From positions 15,252,001 to 15,316,000 of the forward strand of contig OZ059897.1 of NCBI GenBank assembly GCA_964057225.1: 64,000 nt of DNA, in the 5' to 3' direction. This document shows, piece after piece, positions 1 to 13,656 of this stretch. Position 1 is the first letter of the stretch. Every line of letters starts with the position of its first letter. A program made the translations under genes and the position numbers. The notes beneath the pieces are model-generated. The model saw only the letters and a list, made by a program, of their open reading frames with translations. It ran no database searches and was not told the origin of the DNA. Origin of the DNA: Auanema rhodensis. Its lineage: Eukaryota; Animalia; Nematoda.

Positions 1-47
1 TCTTCGATTTGAGCAATTTGCTGTTGTTCTTCTTCAGAATCAGACAT
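1..47 (-). CDS. 5' end of an unidentified gene running off the window (MSDSEEEQQQIAQIE...)
   Basis: TTTCAG acceptor 2 nt before an ATG at 47, open acidic frame to the window edge; too short to identify. Confidence 0.55.
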   Translation of the reverse strand, partial: MSDSEEEQQQIAQIE

Positions 48-159
48 TTCTGAAATATTTTATTTTAAGAATAATATAGCAAAAATTATCAACACAAAAT
101 ACAAAAGAACTGAATAAAATACATAATATATTCTTCAAAGTAAAATCCTATTGTGACGA

Positions 160-438
160 TCATTTCTTCCCAAATGGGTCAGACCACACTCGTTGACTTT
201 GAGCTAGATCCTCCTTATTAGCCTTTAGAAGAGCTCTTTCTTCTGCTTGAGCTTTTTTATAATAATCATTATGAATCTTTGGATATATGCAGACACCATA
301 GGCAGCCAGACTCGTGATAATTATGGTGCACGCAACTCCAATAGTTCCCATAGACGGAGCAGAAAGTCGGCCAAAGGCAGGAAATTTATTTTTCACAGAC
401 AACCAGAATGGAACAGGGGCTCCAGCAGGAACACGCAT
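160..438 (-). CDS. SMIM20: SMIM20/MITRAC7 (phoenixin precursor) homolog, 92 aa, intronless CDS
   Basis: One TM segment then YPKIHNDYYKKAQAEERA...EDLAQSQRVWSDPFGKK, matching the remembered human C-terminus [33 protein letters not shown]. Confidence 0.9.
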   Translation of the reverse strand: MRVPAGAPVPFWLSVKNKFPAFGRLSAPSMGTIGVACTIIITSLAAYGVCIYPKIHNDYYKKAQAEERALLKANKEDLAQSQRVWSDPFGKK

Positions 439-684
439 AGTTCTTTAAAAATCTCATATTCATTAGAACAAATCTATTAAACACTTATAAATTATTAAGA
501 ATAGAAATAAGAATAACATAAACACAAGAAATTAACTTGAATGGAAATTTCAATACTCAATGCTCTAATGCGAAAAACAAAAAATGACCTACTGATAATA
601 AAATAAAAAGCGAAAAGGCAGTATAGCGTAGACAGAAAACCATATATTATAAGAATAGTTTGATATTAATGACGCATTGTTTCT

Positions 685-1631
685 TCACCAATTCATTCCT
701 AGGTAAGATTTCAGGAATTTTTCATGGATTTCGGAGAAAATCATGTCACAACTTCTTATTTCATATCGTAGCCACTGTAAAATCTGTTATATCAAAGGAG
801 TTGATTAGTACCTACCTCAGCTTCACTAAGAATACTTTCTCTATCTTCACCCATTTTGCCGAAGTTTTTGCATATCTAAGACAATTAAAATAGAATAAAT
901 GTTAAGGATTACTCTGTTACTTTAGTTATTATTTCAAATTTGCTTAAAATTATATTGCATAAATGTGCTTCCAAAACAACTCTGTGACCACAAGGTATCT
1001 TTTTTTCCTGAATTATAAAATATAATAAAATAAATTAATAACTGAATCAAGAATTAACTTACCACATGTGCTTCCCAAATATCTAAACCTTGACAAGCTT
1101 TGTCCAAAAGTTCTGTTAGTATATCAAACCTTAAATATATTTATTACAGCATTCCTTGATTTTTTTTGAGAGATACCTCATTTCATTTAAACCTTCTTCT
1201 TTGTTTGGTATATTCATTAAGAGTTCTTCTATCCGCTTTATCTGTTTCTCACATTCAATGAATCGACGTGATATATCCTAAAGTTCAAATTTAACCACTT
1301 TACAAAGGCGGAACTACGGGAATATATTTCTTTGCAACGATTTCAGGGATGTTTTTTTTATCAAAGTAAAATGATAAATTTTGTTTCTGTAAATCAGCAT
1401 AAAACGCTGCATCGTCTGCTTCATAAGCTAAATTAAAATAATAAACAAGGAACAACACAACGTCATACTATCAAGTCCCAACTGTTTTACTTTATCTTGT
1501 ATTGGAAAAGCTGGAGCCTCGGGGAACTTTTCTTCTAATAATTCGTGCATATAATTATCGGCTAACTGAGGAAAAATAGATTAAATACATATTTGATATT
1601 CATTAACTACATTCTTCTTGTTTGAGGACAT
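685..1631 (-). CDS. Uncharacterised ~200-aa helical protein, 7 exons
   Basis: Spliced with GT-AG introns: MSSNKKN|LADNYMHELLEEKF..|LMKQTMQRF..|DISRRFIECEKQ..|FDILTELLDKACQG..|EKKIPCGHRVVLE..|..|WLRYEIRSCDMIFSEIHEKFLKSYLGMNW*; no family recognised. Confidence 0.8.
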
Positions 1632-4600
1632 CAACTGGTATCTATAAGATTTTTAAATAAAATGACCGGTCACGCATTACGTGGAAGAAATGGAATAAAA
1701 AATTTGCATATTTATGAATTGTTAACGAATTATTTAAGTTGACTGTAGTAGTTTAGAGATGTTCAGTTTACAACGCTTAAATAATTAGAACTTATTGACA
1801 CCAGCTCACAGCTAGTTCATTCATCCTCTTTGCATCAAGCATCTCAAAAATCCTTTTCGTCTTTTTCTTATGAAAATTTGAAATATAAAGCTAAATGTCG
1901 AGTTAGCTGCCAACGATGTCGACGACGCTCGTCGTCTTTCAGAAACGAGGCCTACGACACAACTCAAAAGACGATTTATTTGTTTTCTTTGAGCAGCATA
2001 AAGACAAGACGAGAAGCTGAGTCTTTTTCTGGAAGTAAGAAGATCTTCTGTCTTCCAACTGAGATTTTGTGTGTCAAATGTCTCGAATTAACACTCGAAG
2101 CGACGAGTCGACAGAATCCTCTAGAGGATAGAAGACGAAGACGACGAACCGGGTGACAAATCCACAACAAACTGCACTCAGAAAATAGACATAGAGATAT
2201 GACAGAGATAACATGTGTGACGAGTAAGGCGGATTTCAACTAATCCCTTTTCTATTGTCATTTTCCTTAGTTCTTGCTTCCATATCTACATGTATCTCTT
2301 TCTCACTCTGTTCCTCTTCCCTTCCTTATCATCTTCATTTCCATAGAGAGATTCTCTCTCGTGTAGACATAAGAGATTGAGAATTTTAGAAATAGAGATA
2401 ATACTTTAACAAGTGGCAGAAGGCAACATATCATTTCAAGTCAAGACAGACTTTGACACATCAACTTGTCCAAGTTCTCAAGCATGGCTACTGATTGTTC
2501 CACAACTTTTCCGATTTTTATCAAATAATACATATTCATACACATATACATATGTTAACATAATTCAAATGTTTTTTAAATTTTAGAAATATAGTAGTTT
2601 TAAAACTATTGAGAAGCTCCCTATTAGCAAAAAAAATATATAAGAAAAAAACTCGAGTTCTATCCTAGTTTAAATCTTTGGCATACTTTAAAGAAGATGG
2701 GAAATGCCTGTGGCTCAGAGAGCCCCATTCAAGTTCTGTAAAACGGTTGTCGTACTGAATGTGACATCTCACTAATCCCTTTTTAAAGATTGTTTCCCAT
2801 CCGGAAAGAGTTAAAAGCTAGAAAGCAGTACCCTCAAATGTGTTTCCGATGGCAGAACTGAGGACCTTATCAGTGTTCAAAATCTGGCGCATCTCTTGTC
2901 GCTAATACCATTAGGCTGTCGGGAGGAGCTGAATACATGAGCCGTTCTCAAAGCTCGTCGTGAACAAATTGGCGCTAAATTTGGAAAATTCATCTTGATT
3001 AGGATGTTATCCTTAAAACTAGAGGGCAATTGGGTGTAGTTAAGCACATAGACGGGTATAAAGTTCAAAAGATGCATGAGACTCTAGAGATGTTATAAGT
3101 AAATATAAATGTTGGTAAGAAAAAAATATCGAACATTTTTTAATCTGAACTATGGTTTTTTTCCAAAAATAAAACTTTCAATTTGGGTGGTCTTTAAATA
3201 ATAATAAAGTGGTTCAGGAGAATATACATTACAGTAATTTGAAAATGATGACAAAAACGATACATTATGAAACGTTTTTCGTTCCTTATATCTTTCAATC
3301 CCTTTGTATACCTGATCAAACTGGATTGGTTCTTAGAAGATGGGGTAAACGAATGTGGTTGATGTAAGTGCCATCGTTTAGCCAGCTGACGGATGAATGG
3401 TCAGAATGCAAGCGGCTTTTCAATTCTAAACATCCCGTACACCCATTAAGTGACCTCTGAAGGATCATGAAGTTGGTTCGTTCAACAACGAACTGAAATC
3501 GTATGTGTAATGGGTTCGATGTCTCTCTTGGGCTTTTTTGTTGTTCTTCTTTTACCCCATATATATCGTGATTTTGAACAGGAAATGCTTTGTTGTGAAG
3601 TCAAGTAAAGACCTCATCTGATATTTACTTGATGATGTTCGGAAAAAATCCCTGAAGCAATGCAAATGTTACTGAGTGGAAGACTTAAATATATTGAGGA
3701 AATATGCTAATATTTAGCATTAATTCCTTTCTTGGACATTGTCAAAGATGCTTATCAAGCCATGACTTTATTCGGCATCGTCATGAATCAGCGTTCAGTT
3801 AAGATAGCTTCAGCACAGACAGCAAGAACCGAACAGTCAGAGAGAGATCCAGACAGCTATAGAGCTGTTTCAGCTTATCCAGCTCATTCATTTGTTCCCG
3901 TTTCTGTCTCTCACTCATCTTTCACCCACTTTCTCTCAATCTCAGTCGCTCCCGACCCTTCATCTCCCACCAACAATTCTGCTGATTCTGAAGATATGAT
4001 CGGCTATTTCATTTGTCTTTATTACCATGTATGACTGCTCTTCTTTAACATGGTGTACTGACAGCTCATATACACGCATTCATCATAGGCAGCACATTTG
4101 ATGTATTGGCTCCAGACGTCGCGCAATCCGCGCATCTTCGACGACACCGTCTTCTACTTTTTACTCCAGCCGCCAATAATGCCGTCATCTTCATGTACTA
4201 AGTATGTCATCTATCTGCTTTTATATTTACCACAATTTATAGTATGTAATATGAATTTTTGAATATATATGTTTCACATTTCCTTTTTTATAAAATCTAG
4301 AGCGAAATCCCGATATGAATAAGAGTTTCAAGAAAAAACATATAAGCACATATGACAGCAATTACGAATTGAATACATAGTTTGTATAATTTATGCAAAT
4401 TTTAAAGAATTAAAATATTTACAAAAGATTCTTAAGTCCATAGTCGTTGAAATAGATGGCAACGATTCCTACCTCCCTTTCATTCATCACATGAGCTCCG
4501 CCCTATTGCTCTTCAGTACTCTCAGTAAGCTGTTACACATTCAATGTAACTAAATCTAAGTTCAGCATATTATTTGTAAATTCATATTTTCTTTTAAAAT

Positions 4601-5031
4601 ATTCCGAGATGTTTTACTGCTTATTCAAGCATTAGCTATCATTTCTCTCAATTAGCAAAATGTCAAGGATTAGAACACGTGCAGAGATTTTATGCTCATA
4701 AACATATTGTCTTCGCTGCAAGACTTCTGTACTAATTCATTCTTTGCTAGTCTTACTCCCAGTCGGCAACCTACCGTTATAGTTTTATGACTAGCACGTC
4801 GGTATGATCACAATACATGCTAGACGTTGTAGATGAGATAGAAGACCACAGAAGATGATCACAACCTCGGCGACTTATGTTAAACAGCAAGCCTGACTAC
4901 GGGTGACAGACGGTGGTGTAAACGGTATACTACCAGACAAGATAGTTATGCAAATTAGCTGCAACCCTTTTATGTCATAAAGAGATTGTTGTTTCATTCT
5001 TAGATATCTAATAGAGATTACACGAATATGG

Positions 5032-5051
5032 AAGAGAGAGAGAGAGAGTGA
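5032..5051. repeat. (GA)n microsatellite
   Basis: Direct reading. Confidence 0.8.
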
Positions 5052-7129
5052 GAAATATAAAGAGATGCAGAGAATTAAACAAAATGAGGACAACCGAGCA
5101 CATTGAATAAGATTATTCGAACCATTGTGAGATTAAAAATTATTTTTTTATTTTCATTACTTGATCAAAATGTATATTTACGCTCTATTATCGTTGTGAA
5201 TAAGATTGTTTTTGCATAGATCGTTTTTTGCAAATCGTATAAGCATAACATCGATACACCATGCTGTTTCCACATCACGGGTTCACATAACATCTTCATT
5301 TTAACCGCAGTAATAACATATACGTGTGTATTAAACGATTTAATGATTATAACGGCTTGTAAGATAGATGCTTTGATTTCTATTTGTTTCAATCAAATAT
5401 ATAGAAATATATATATATAGAAACAAAAAATAAATATTAACACTTATTTGATATAGTTTATGCCATTATCATAGTTGTCAATTATAATAATACTGATTGA
5501 TTCATATTAGTCTTTTACTATTATTATAATTGATATTATAATTAATAGTCTTCGCAAAAGTTATTAAAGACATATATTGAGGTGAGAAATCGGGTTTTTA
5601 TGATTAGTGATAATAATTTATCGAAAGATCTACCGTTAATACAAACCATATTACTGAGAGAATCTACGGATGTTTTATGGCCAATCATATCATACCCTAT
5701 CCTCCCACTTGCATGTCTCTCCACACACATTTCTTTTTCGTCTACATTCTTCTTACCAGCCTTTTCCGACTACTTTAGTTCTTGGTTGTCACCCATTTTC
5801 TCATTTTTCTCACTTCATGTAGTATTGAATCTTCAAGTTTTCTTGATATCATCTATCGCTTTTAAAAATTTACTTTGTTATTTATTTCTATTCACTCTTA
5901 GGTTTACTTCATAAAAGAACAGTTTTAATTGTTATAACGATTCTTTGATGATACACTTGGTCCTAAAGTGAAGTTCAACCCCACCCTTCTTATTCCACAC
6001 CATTTTCTCCAATTTTCATAGTAGCTTTTCTGTCTTGCTAATTTGTTCTTCCTTATTAGTTTAGAATGCCTTTTACTACTAACTAAAGTATCTTTAACTT
6101 ACATAGATATCATCACCTCATGTTCTCAACTATTGAACTTATCTCTGTTTTTTGAACTTCATATATACATGTTTCTACTACGAACCAAAAGAAAAACACA
6201 ACACATTTCAAGAAAAGAACAACCTTTTTAAATAATTCTTCTTTTTATATATTTGTTTTTCTTAAAAATACTCAAATAGATTCCAGCTTATCCTGAAATT
6301 GTCTCATTTCTTTGATTTTAACTACACAACTCGTTGTTTTCTGTTCTAATCAAATCAGTTTACTTTCAAAAATACATGAAGTAATATGTGAAGTATTTTT
6401 TTCATTTATCATTTAGAAATATTTTAAGATTATCTTATAATTTTACAAATCTCAATCACCAATATTTGGTCTGAAAATCTTGAGCTCATGTGTGTTGACA
6501 ATGCCGAAACGCTAGTCACTTGGGGGAAACTCTGTGACTTGGCTTTCGACGCTCATTTTTCAGAATATTCGTATAAGGCAGAGAGGCAAAGAAAAGTGCG
6601 TCATTGTAATAGCTATAATATTTTTTTCTATATGCCTTCTTTAACTTCTTTCAAATTTATAAATAAAAAAACTTTTAGATTATTTGATTTAAACGTGAAG
6701 ATAAAACTGACAAATTAGTAAAAAGACTAAAAAGAGAGCTGAAAAAGTTTTACTGAATTCTAACTTTTTTATTTGACCACTTCTTATTATTTCGTTTTTG
6801 AATATTTCGTCTTTTTCAAAATATCAATAATTGTATCTCATACCGTAATCCAACACGTAGAAGTGTGACTGTCTCTACTTGCAGAACGGCCTTGTCTACC
6901 CATAATCGTCTCTGATTGGCTGCTGCTGAAGCCCCGCCCACTTTTGCCACCAGAACCCGCCGAAGGAAAGCTGTGTGGTCTAGCTTCAGGGCTTTGTTCC
7001 AGAATTGTTCTTCCAATTTTTAGTCTCTAATCTGCTATTTGAATTTTCTGGTTTTAACTATTTTTAATCAATATTCAAATAATATAACTTGTTTATCTGA
7101 CGATCTGCTACGTCTTATATATTCCAAAA

Positions 7130-10100
7130 ATGGCTCGTATTGCTGATAAACGACAAATTTCTTCCGAAATTACATCATCAGCTAGTTCACCTTCTGGCTC
7201 ATCTAATGAAAATGGCATCAAAACAAAGAAAGCTCGATTTTCCATCGATACAATTCTTGAAGAACCGACAACTATAACGGCTTCAAACAGCGTAATCAAT
7301 GCTACTACTACGACAGTAACTGCAACAGCAACTGCTACTGCAACTGCAACAGTAACTACTTCAACTGTAAGTTTTATCTGAACTTTTAACTTTATTATTT
7401 GCCAATTTCGACAAAGATATATTACTATTTCATCTCCTGTCTTTTTTCTCGTAGTTTGTTTTGTTTTTTATTCTTCGTCTTTCGTGCATCATGGGACAAA
7501 AATGGAGATGTGACATCCATATGAGCCTTGTCTTTATCGACTTCACTTTTTGAAGACAAAAAAAAAGAATTTTTCTTATAAATTTTGCTAAAAGACAACG
7601 ATAAACGAACTTTTATATAAAGTTTGATGAAAGAGTTAACAATTGTAAATTCTATTTCAGAGTCCTGTACCACCAGATGATGATGAAGTTGCGATTAACT
7701 GTCCATCTCCTATTTCTATTCAGCCTATCTCAGAGATTATGAACAATGCGATTCAGAATCTATCCCCACAAGATGATTCTCCAGATGGAATTAAATGTCG
7801 CTTGGAAGGAAAAGAATTATGGGAGAAGTTTTATGATTTGGGTACGGAAATGATAATAACAAAGAGTGGAAGGTGAGACTGAATTCGTTTTCTAAAATTT
7901 TTATTTTATAAAAAAAATTGTGAGAACAAACTCACTTGTGAACACTAAGCTCACTAAGAATTACAACTTTACTTTGAAGCTCAGTCTTATTTTATTTGTT
8001 ATTTTCTCAATCAAAATTGTAACTATGAGGTACTTCGTAGAACAATGAAACCATAAAACTTCAATCAACGTTATTAACTTCTGAATCGACTTGTGACATG
8101 TATTTTGAATACATACTTTATTTTAATTGACATTCCCATCATCATCAGCATTATTATACTAGTTGTGTCATCTGCTTTTGCATTATTGCAAATGCTTTTA
8201 GCAATTTCCAGTGTTTTGCTTTTAAAAGTGAAGCTTTTTTCGGCCTCATGTACACTTCTTCCTACAAGTCTATTTCGGCACTTTAGATGATTGTCTCTCC
8301 TCATTATCAAGCTCCAAAAGCAATGATCTGACTCTGCAGAGATGACGTTGCCACTGCCACTTCAACAGAACTCAGCACAATAACTGCTACACTCTGTACC
8401 CTCTGACACAATTAGTTTTCATGTATCTTTCATTCTCTTCTTTCTCCAACCACTTTCTCAACTGCAAACGACTGTCTATTGGTATCTGACCAGACTAACG
8501 GCTTATAGCTTTTCCATTTTTCTCGTGAATGGGACAGCAGCTTGTCATTTTCATCTACACTTTACATGACATCTGGCTCGTTTCCTCAATTTTGCTTGCT
8601 ACGCTCATCCTTCTCTCCTCTCGTTAACGTGTTAATTACCGTAGTTGGAGTCCATTTCCCAAATTTGTTTGGCTCTGTGGTACAACTCCGCGCCTTTTAT
8701 AACTTCAGATGACTTTTAAACAAATGAGTTGCCGAATCGAGAAGCAGACGTCTCTCATATCAATAATCTGCTGCTTTACTTCAATCCTGTTATGCGGAAA
8801 GTCTAATTTACTGAGAAAATAGGAAGAATAAGGAACACTGAATATACTGAGCTTAAAGAAATATTGAAATCATTTTTTTTTAAATTTGCGTTCCAAAATT
8901 TCTCCACATCATCATATTCATATCGATTTTCGAATAATTGAAACAAAATTATAAAGAAATTCTCAGAAGATCAATAGAACAAGAGTAGTATTGATTTTTT
9001 CGTTCACTTTCCTAATTATACAAATTTTATCTTTATGATTTCGAATAATTATATAATGCTTTATTCAAAGTTAAAATCTTTTATACATGATATAGAGGGG
9101 TTACGGTACATACTCGTGATATCTGACGACGAAGACCTGCTGGTGTCGATATTGGTTTTGTATTCGCTTAGAAGATTTCAATACGACGAAGAACAATCAC
9201 AGCCAATTTTTCGTCAATTCAAATTGGCGGATCGCTTTTGAACATGATCAACAGTCAAAATTTTCATCTTCTATTCATCATTATTCTTCTTTCTTCTCAG
9301 AATATCTTATTTCATGGGTGTCCTCTCACTGAATGTCTTAGGATTGTCAAAAAGCCCATATTGTTGTCTTCTCAAATACATAGGTGATAGGATTGTCGTC
9401 AGCAATGATGTGATTGGTTAGGCGATGATCTTCCCGATTACCGTAACCCGAACGCTTTAGAGATGATGTCAACCTGTCAGTTGAATTGTCTTCTTCTTCT
9501 TCTTTTGCATCTCTATTAACTACAATGCATGATCGGAAAAGTCTTTAACAGGATTTTATTTGTTTCTCTAATTCTATTCCTTTTGCTTGTCAATAGCCAG
9601 TCGACAGCAGGCCACCGTGATTCAGTCATCAATCTCTTGGAAATATATTCGTTAATGGTCTTTGATTACGGTATTTCTGACTCGTTTATAGTCGTTTTAC
9701 AGTCAAGGCTTAAGGGAGGTGTACAACATAACTCTTCCTGTTCTCTTCTAAACTTTTACTTCCCGACTTACCTAGTTGATTGGGATAGAATTCATTTCTC
9801 CTATAAATCACAATAAGAACGATTGAAATTTTTGATAAGAGTTAAGGCAATTTGAACAATTTTATATATTGAATGTTATCTTAAACTGGATTATATCAGA
9901 TTTCATTCAATATATTTCAATTATAAGGATAACAAACTATTATCTTTTTTTCTTCTCCGCTCATTTTTACAAAAAAAAATGAAGAAAACCTCCATATTTC
10001 TCGTCGTTATGCAAATTAAACTAGTTAAACGAAGATATAAAAAAAAAAGATTTTATTTTGATGAAAGAGCGTATTCTTTCTTCTTTTCAAACAAGACACA

Positions 10101-11481
10101 CAAAACCCTCATGGTGTCATCTACAGTAGTTAAACCAAGGTGAAGTACTTTCTCTCATCCAATACATCATTCACAAAAAAAAGCATAAATAGAAAACTGA
10201 ACCTTAATTTGAATCATAGTAATAATAATATCACATATATACTATACTATATATTTTATTTCAATTATAAAATAATTATTTTTTCAGGAGGATGTTTCCA
10301 ACTGTTAAGTTATCAGTTTCTAATATTGACATGGATGGTCTATATTATGTATTCCTTGATGTAGTTCCTGTGGATAATAAAAGGTTTAAAATCTTTTTTT
10401 TAAAGTTAATTATATATTATTTATAGATATCGTTATATTTACAATAAATCCGCTTGGCTAACAGCGGGAAAAGCAGAACCTGCGCCAAAAAATCGATTGT
10501 ATCTTCATCCTGATGCTCCATTTACGGGAGAACAAGTAAATACTTTGATAAAGAAATAGAGTAACTTGACATTTATTATAGTTAATGAAACAAGTTGTGT
10601 CATTTGAAAAAGCAAAATTAACTAACAATGAAGTTGATAGAGCTGGTCATGTAAGTTACTACTTTTTATTTCTTTCAGCTTATTTTTCAACTTTATAGTT
10701 AATTCTCAACTCTATGCACAAATATCAACCAAGAATTCATATTGTTCGTCGAAATAAAGGACAACCACTTGATCCAAATAAGGTTAAAACTTCAAATTTT
10801 CATTTGTTAATTAAATTTTTAAATTTCAGATGCAATTAACAGATGAAACACATCAAACATTTGTATTCAAAGAAACTCAATTCATGGCTGTTACAGCTTA
10901 TCAAAATCAACTTGTAAGCATATTTTCATAATTTTTTATGTTAACATGTACTTATATTTGTAGATTACAAAATTAAAGATTGAGAAAAATCCATTTGCGA
11001 AAGGCTTTCGTGATCCTAGTGGTCGTTCTCCAGAATATGAGTCGTAAGTTTTAATTCTTATTTTCATCATTTTTTGCTTTAAATATTAGTACAATAAATA
11101 AATTGTTTTATTAAATATATAATTTCAGAGAAAGTCGTTCAGAATCCAATTTACTCATCCCACCATTATATAATCCAGTTATTTTACAACAAGCTTTCTT
11201 AAGTCAATGTAAGTTTATATAAATTATAATTATAATTATATTAAAATAAAATAAAATATTTTATTATATTTTAAAATATAGTTTAAGTTTAAATAGTTTA
11301 TAAACAAAATTATTTAGTTTCAGATTACTTGAAAGCTGCTGCAACAGGAGCTCTTCCAGCTCTTCATCCTACCCTTCTTAGTCAAATGCTCCTATCATCT
11401 ACACAACTGCCATTTCCCTTCCTACGAAATTCTGAATTAGAAGATAACCCTCCAAAAACGGCTGAAACAGTAAATATCTAG
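7130..11481 (+). CDS. mab-9: T-box transcription factor, Tbx20/MAB-9 ortholog
   Basis: eh1 motif FSIDTIL; T-box [19 protein letters not shown]|[65 protein letters not shown]; 2.4-kb intron about 7873-10288; stop TAG 11479-11481. Confidence 0.95.
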
Positions 11482-13656
11482 TCAATCTGGCATTTTGTAT
11501 TTTTATCTTATCCCGGTCAATATTTCTGACCAGTTTTATCTGGTGCCATTAACTATCCTTTCGTTTTTCATCTTTATAGTTCTCTTCTCATATTTTTGAA
11601 ACATTATTTTGTTATAAATCAACTAGACTATTCTAATAATTACATTAAATTCACTATCTTTTAACTTTTTTTTTAAAAATCTTAGTTTTAAATATTTCAT
11701 TTATTCTTCTAATCCCCGTGATTTATTTTTCTTCTTATACAGTTTTTTCTTCTCATTCTATTTCTTAATAATCTATAAATTAAGTTGATGAACATCATTT
11801 AATCTTCCTTTTTTCTTTTATTACCTTGCACATATACATATGTATGTATACTAGTCCATTAAATTATTATTAATATCTTTTATCCTATTAACTATGTGTT
11901 AGTTATACATCCCACATTTAACAAACCTTTTTCAACTTGTTCGTATATCTTGTATCCTGGACTGGTCTTTTCACTATTCTTAGTTATACCTATCAACAAA
12001 TTTTAACAAAAATCCCTTATTCAATTGACGGTGCAATCAGTTATATGTTACAAATAAGAAAATTTACTTAAAATAAACATATTTGCTTATATATAAATAT
12101 ATTTAATCAATATAATATAATAAATATAGTAAGAAATAGAAAAATAAAAGAAGAAGTCAGATGGTCATCATTAAATACTCCCGAAGGAACAAGATATTTA
12201 GTACCAAATAAGTACTATAAGATTATGAAATATGCATCTATTGTTGTGATTTGTCGTTTCCACGACTCACAATTATCAGGAGAATTTGAAATTATTAGTT
12301 CATCTGTTGACCCTAGCTTATCGTCGGAAACTCATAAATTACTATATCGCTTTGTCACTATTTCATATAATTAATCTGATTGTATCTTCAATTCACATTC
12401 CACAAACCGTTCGGATGGCTGGCATTTTTCCTTAAATCGTGGCCCGTTAAGACAAATTTGTTTTCGACGTTGGAAGTTGATAGCTAGGAGGAAGCCTTAT
12501 GTATTGCGGCATTATGAGCCCACCAAATTTCAAGCTTCATGTGCTATCGTTGTCGTCGTCGGAAAGATTAGCTACGAATTGCCAACAATGGATTACCATA
12601 CTAAGCAGAAAGGATTAGATGCAAGTTAGACGCATTGACAAGCTTTACTCTTCTTCTTTTAAGTTACTTCAACTAGATGGAGACAGGAATATGTCTGTAG
12701 GTTATTAAAGGGACCAAATTGAAAGTACAATATATAATTTGAAATATTAAAATTAAAAGTAAATTCATCAAATTATTTATTTTTAAAAGAAAATATTTAT
12801 TCATAATGAATATGAAAAACAAAATGTTAAATAGAAGTTCACTACATCCTCGAAAAATAAAAGAAAAATCTTTTGGTTAAAGACATAAAATAGTTAATTA
12901 CAATGATAAGAATTTTCTTTTGATTATTAAAACTTATTGTTTTACTTATGCATCTGTTGATTTTTAAACTCTTTATATCTTCCTTCTTCAAAAACCTTTT
13001 TTGTTTTAGAAAAGTCTTTTTCATAAAAGAAAAATAATTTAACAAGAACTTAAAAGAACTTTATAAGCCTTTTATCCATAACACAACATACCAAGAACTT
13101 TTTCAATATCTTAATCTTTTTGACTCTTCGTTGCTCTTTCTTTCGGTATTTTATTGTTTTGAACCTATCTTTAACCTATTACATGTAATCCTTTACTCAT
13201 TGTAAACAATTTTAAGATCAGAAAATACTTCAATTGTGATGTAAAATAAATACATTCAGTTGACAAATTATTGTACTTTAATTTCTAAAATAGCTTCTGA
13301 GTTGCCGTTCGGTGAACGTTATGATGGCTTCTTGTCCTCGTATCAGAGCGACTCTCTATTTTAATTGCTCTTTTTGTCTATTTAGGAATACTAGATAAAA
13401 TGAGATTGATGAACGGTCTTCTTTCTTTCCAAATTACTATCTAATAAACTTTTGATTTGTCTATTTTGCCTCTACATCTAGGTAGCTTTTGAATCATCTT
13501 TCACTTGAAAAAATAAAATTTTTGAAATTTCATTGCTTTATCATACTGTCATCTTTTAATTTATATTATTGTCTCCTACGTATTTTAAAGTTTTTATTAA
13601 AATAATTCTGTTTATAATATTTATATTAAAACTTTATAATAATAAAAACTTATAGA

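Noticed and set aside
3238-3320. C/D snoRNA-like pattern (TTTGA..ATGATGA...CTGA-TCAAA)
   Set aside because: No clear C'/D' boxes or convincing rRNA guide; likely by chance in AT-rich DNA (snoscan/Infernal would settle it)
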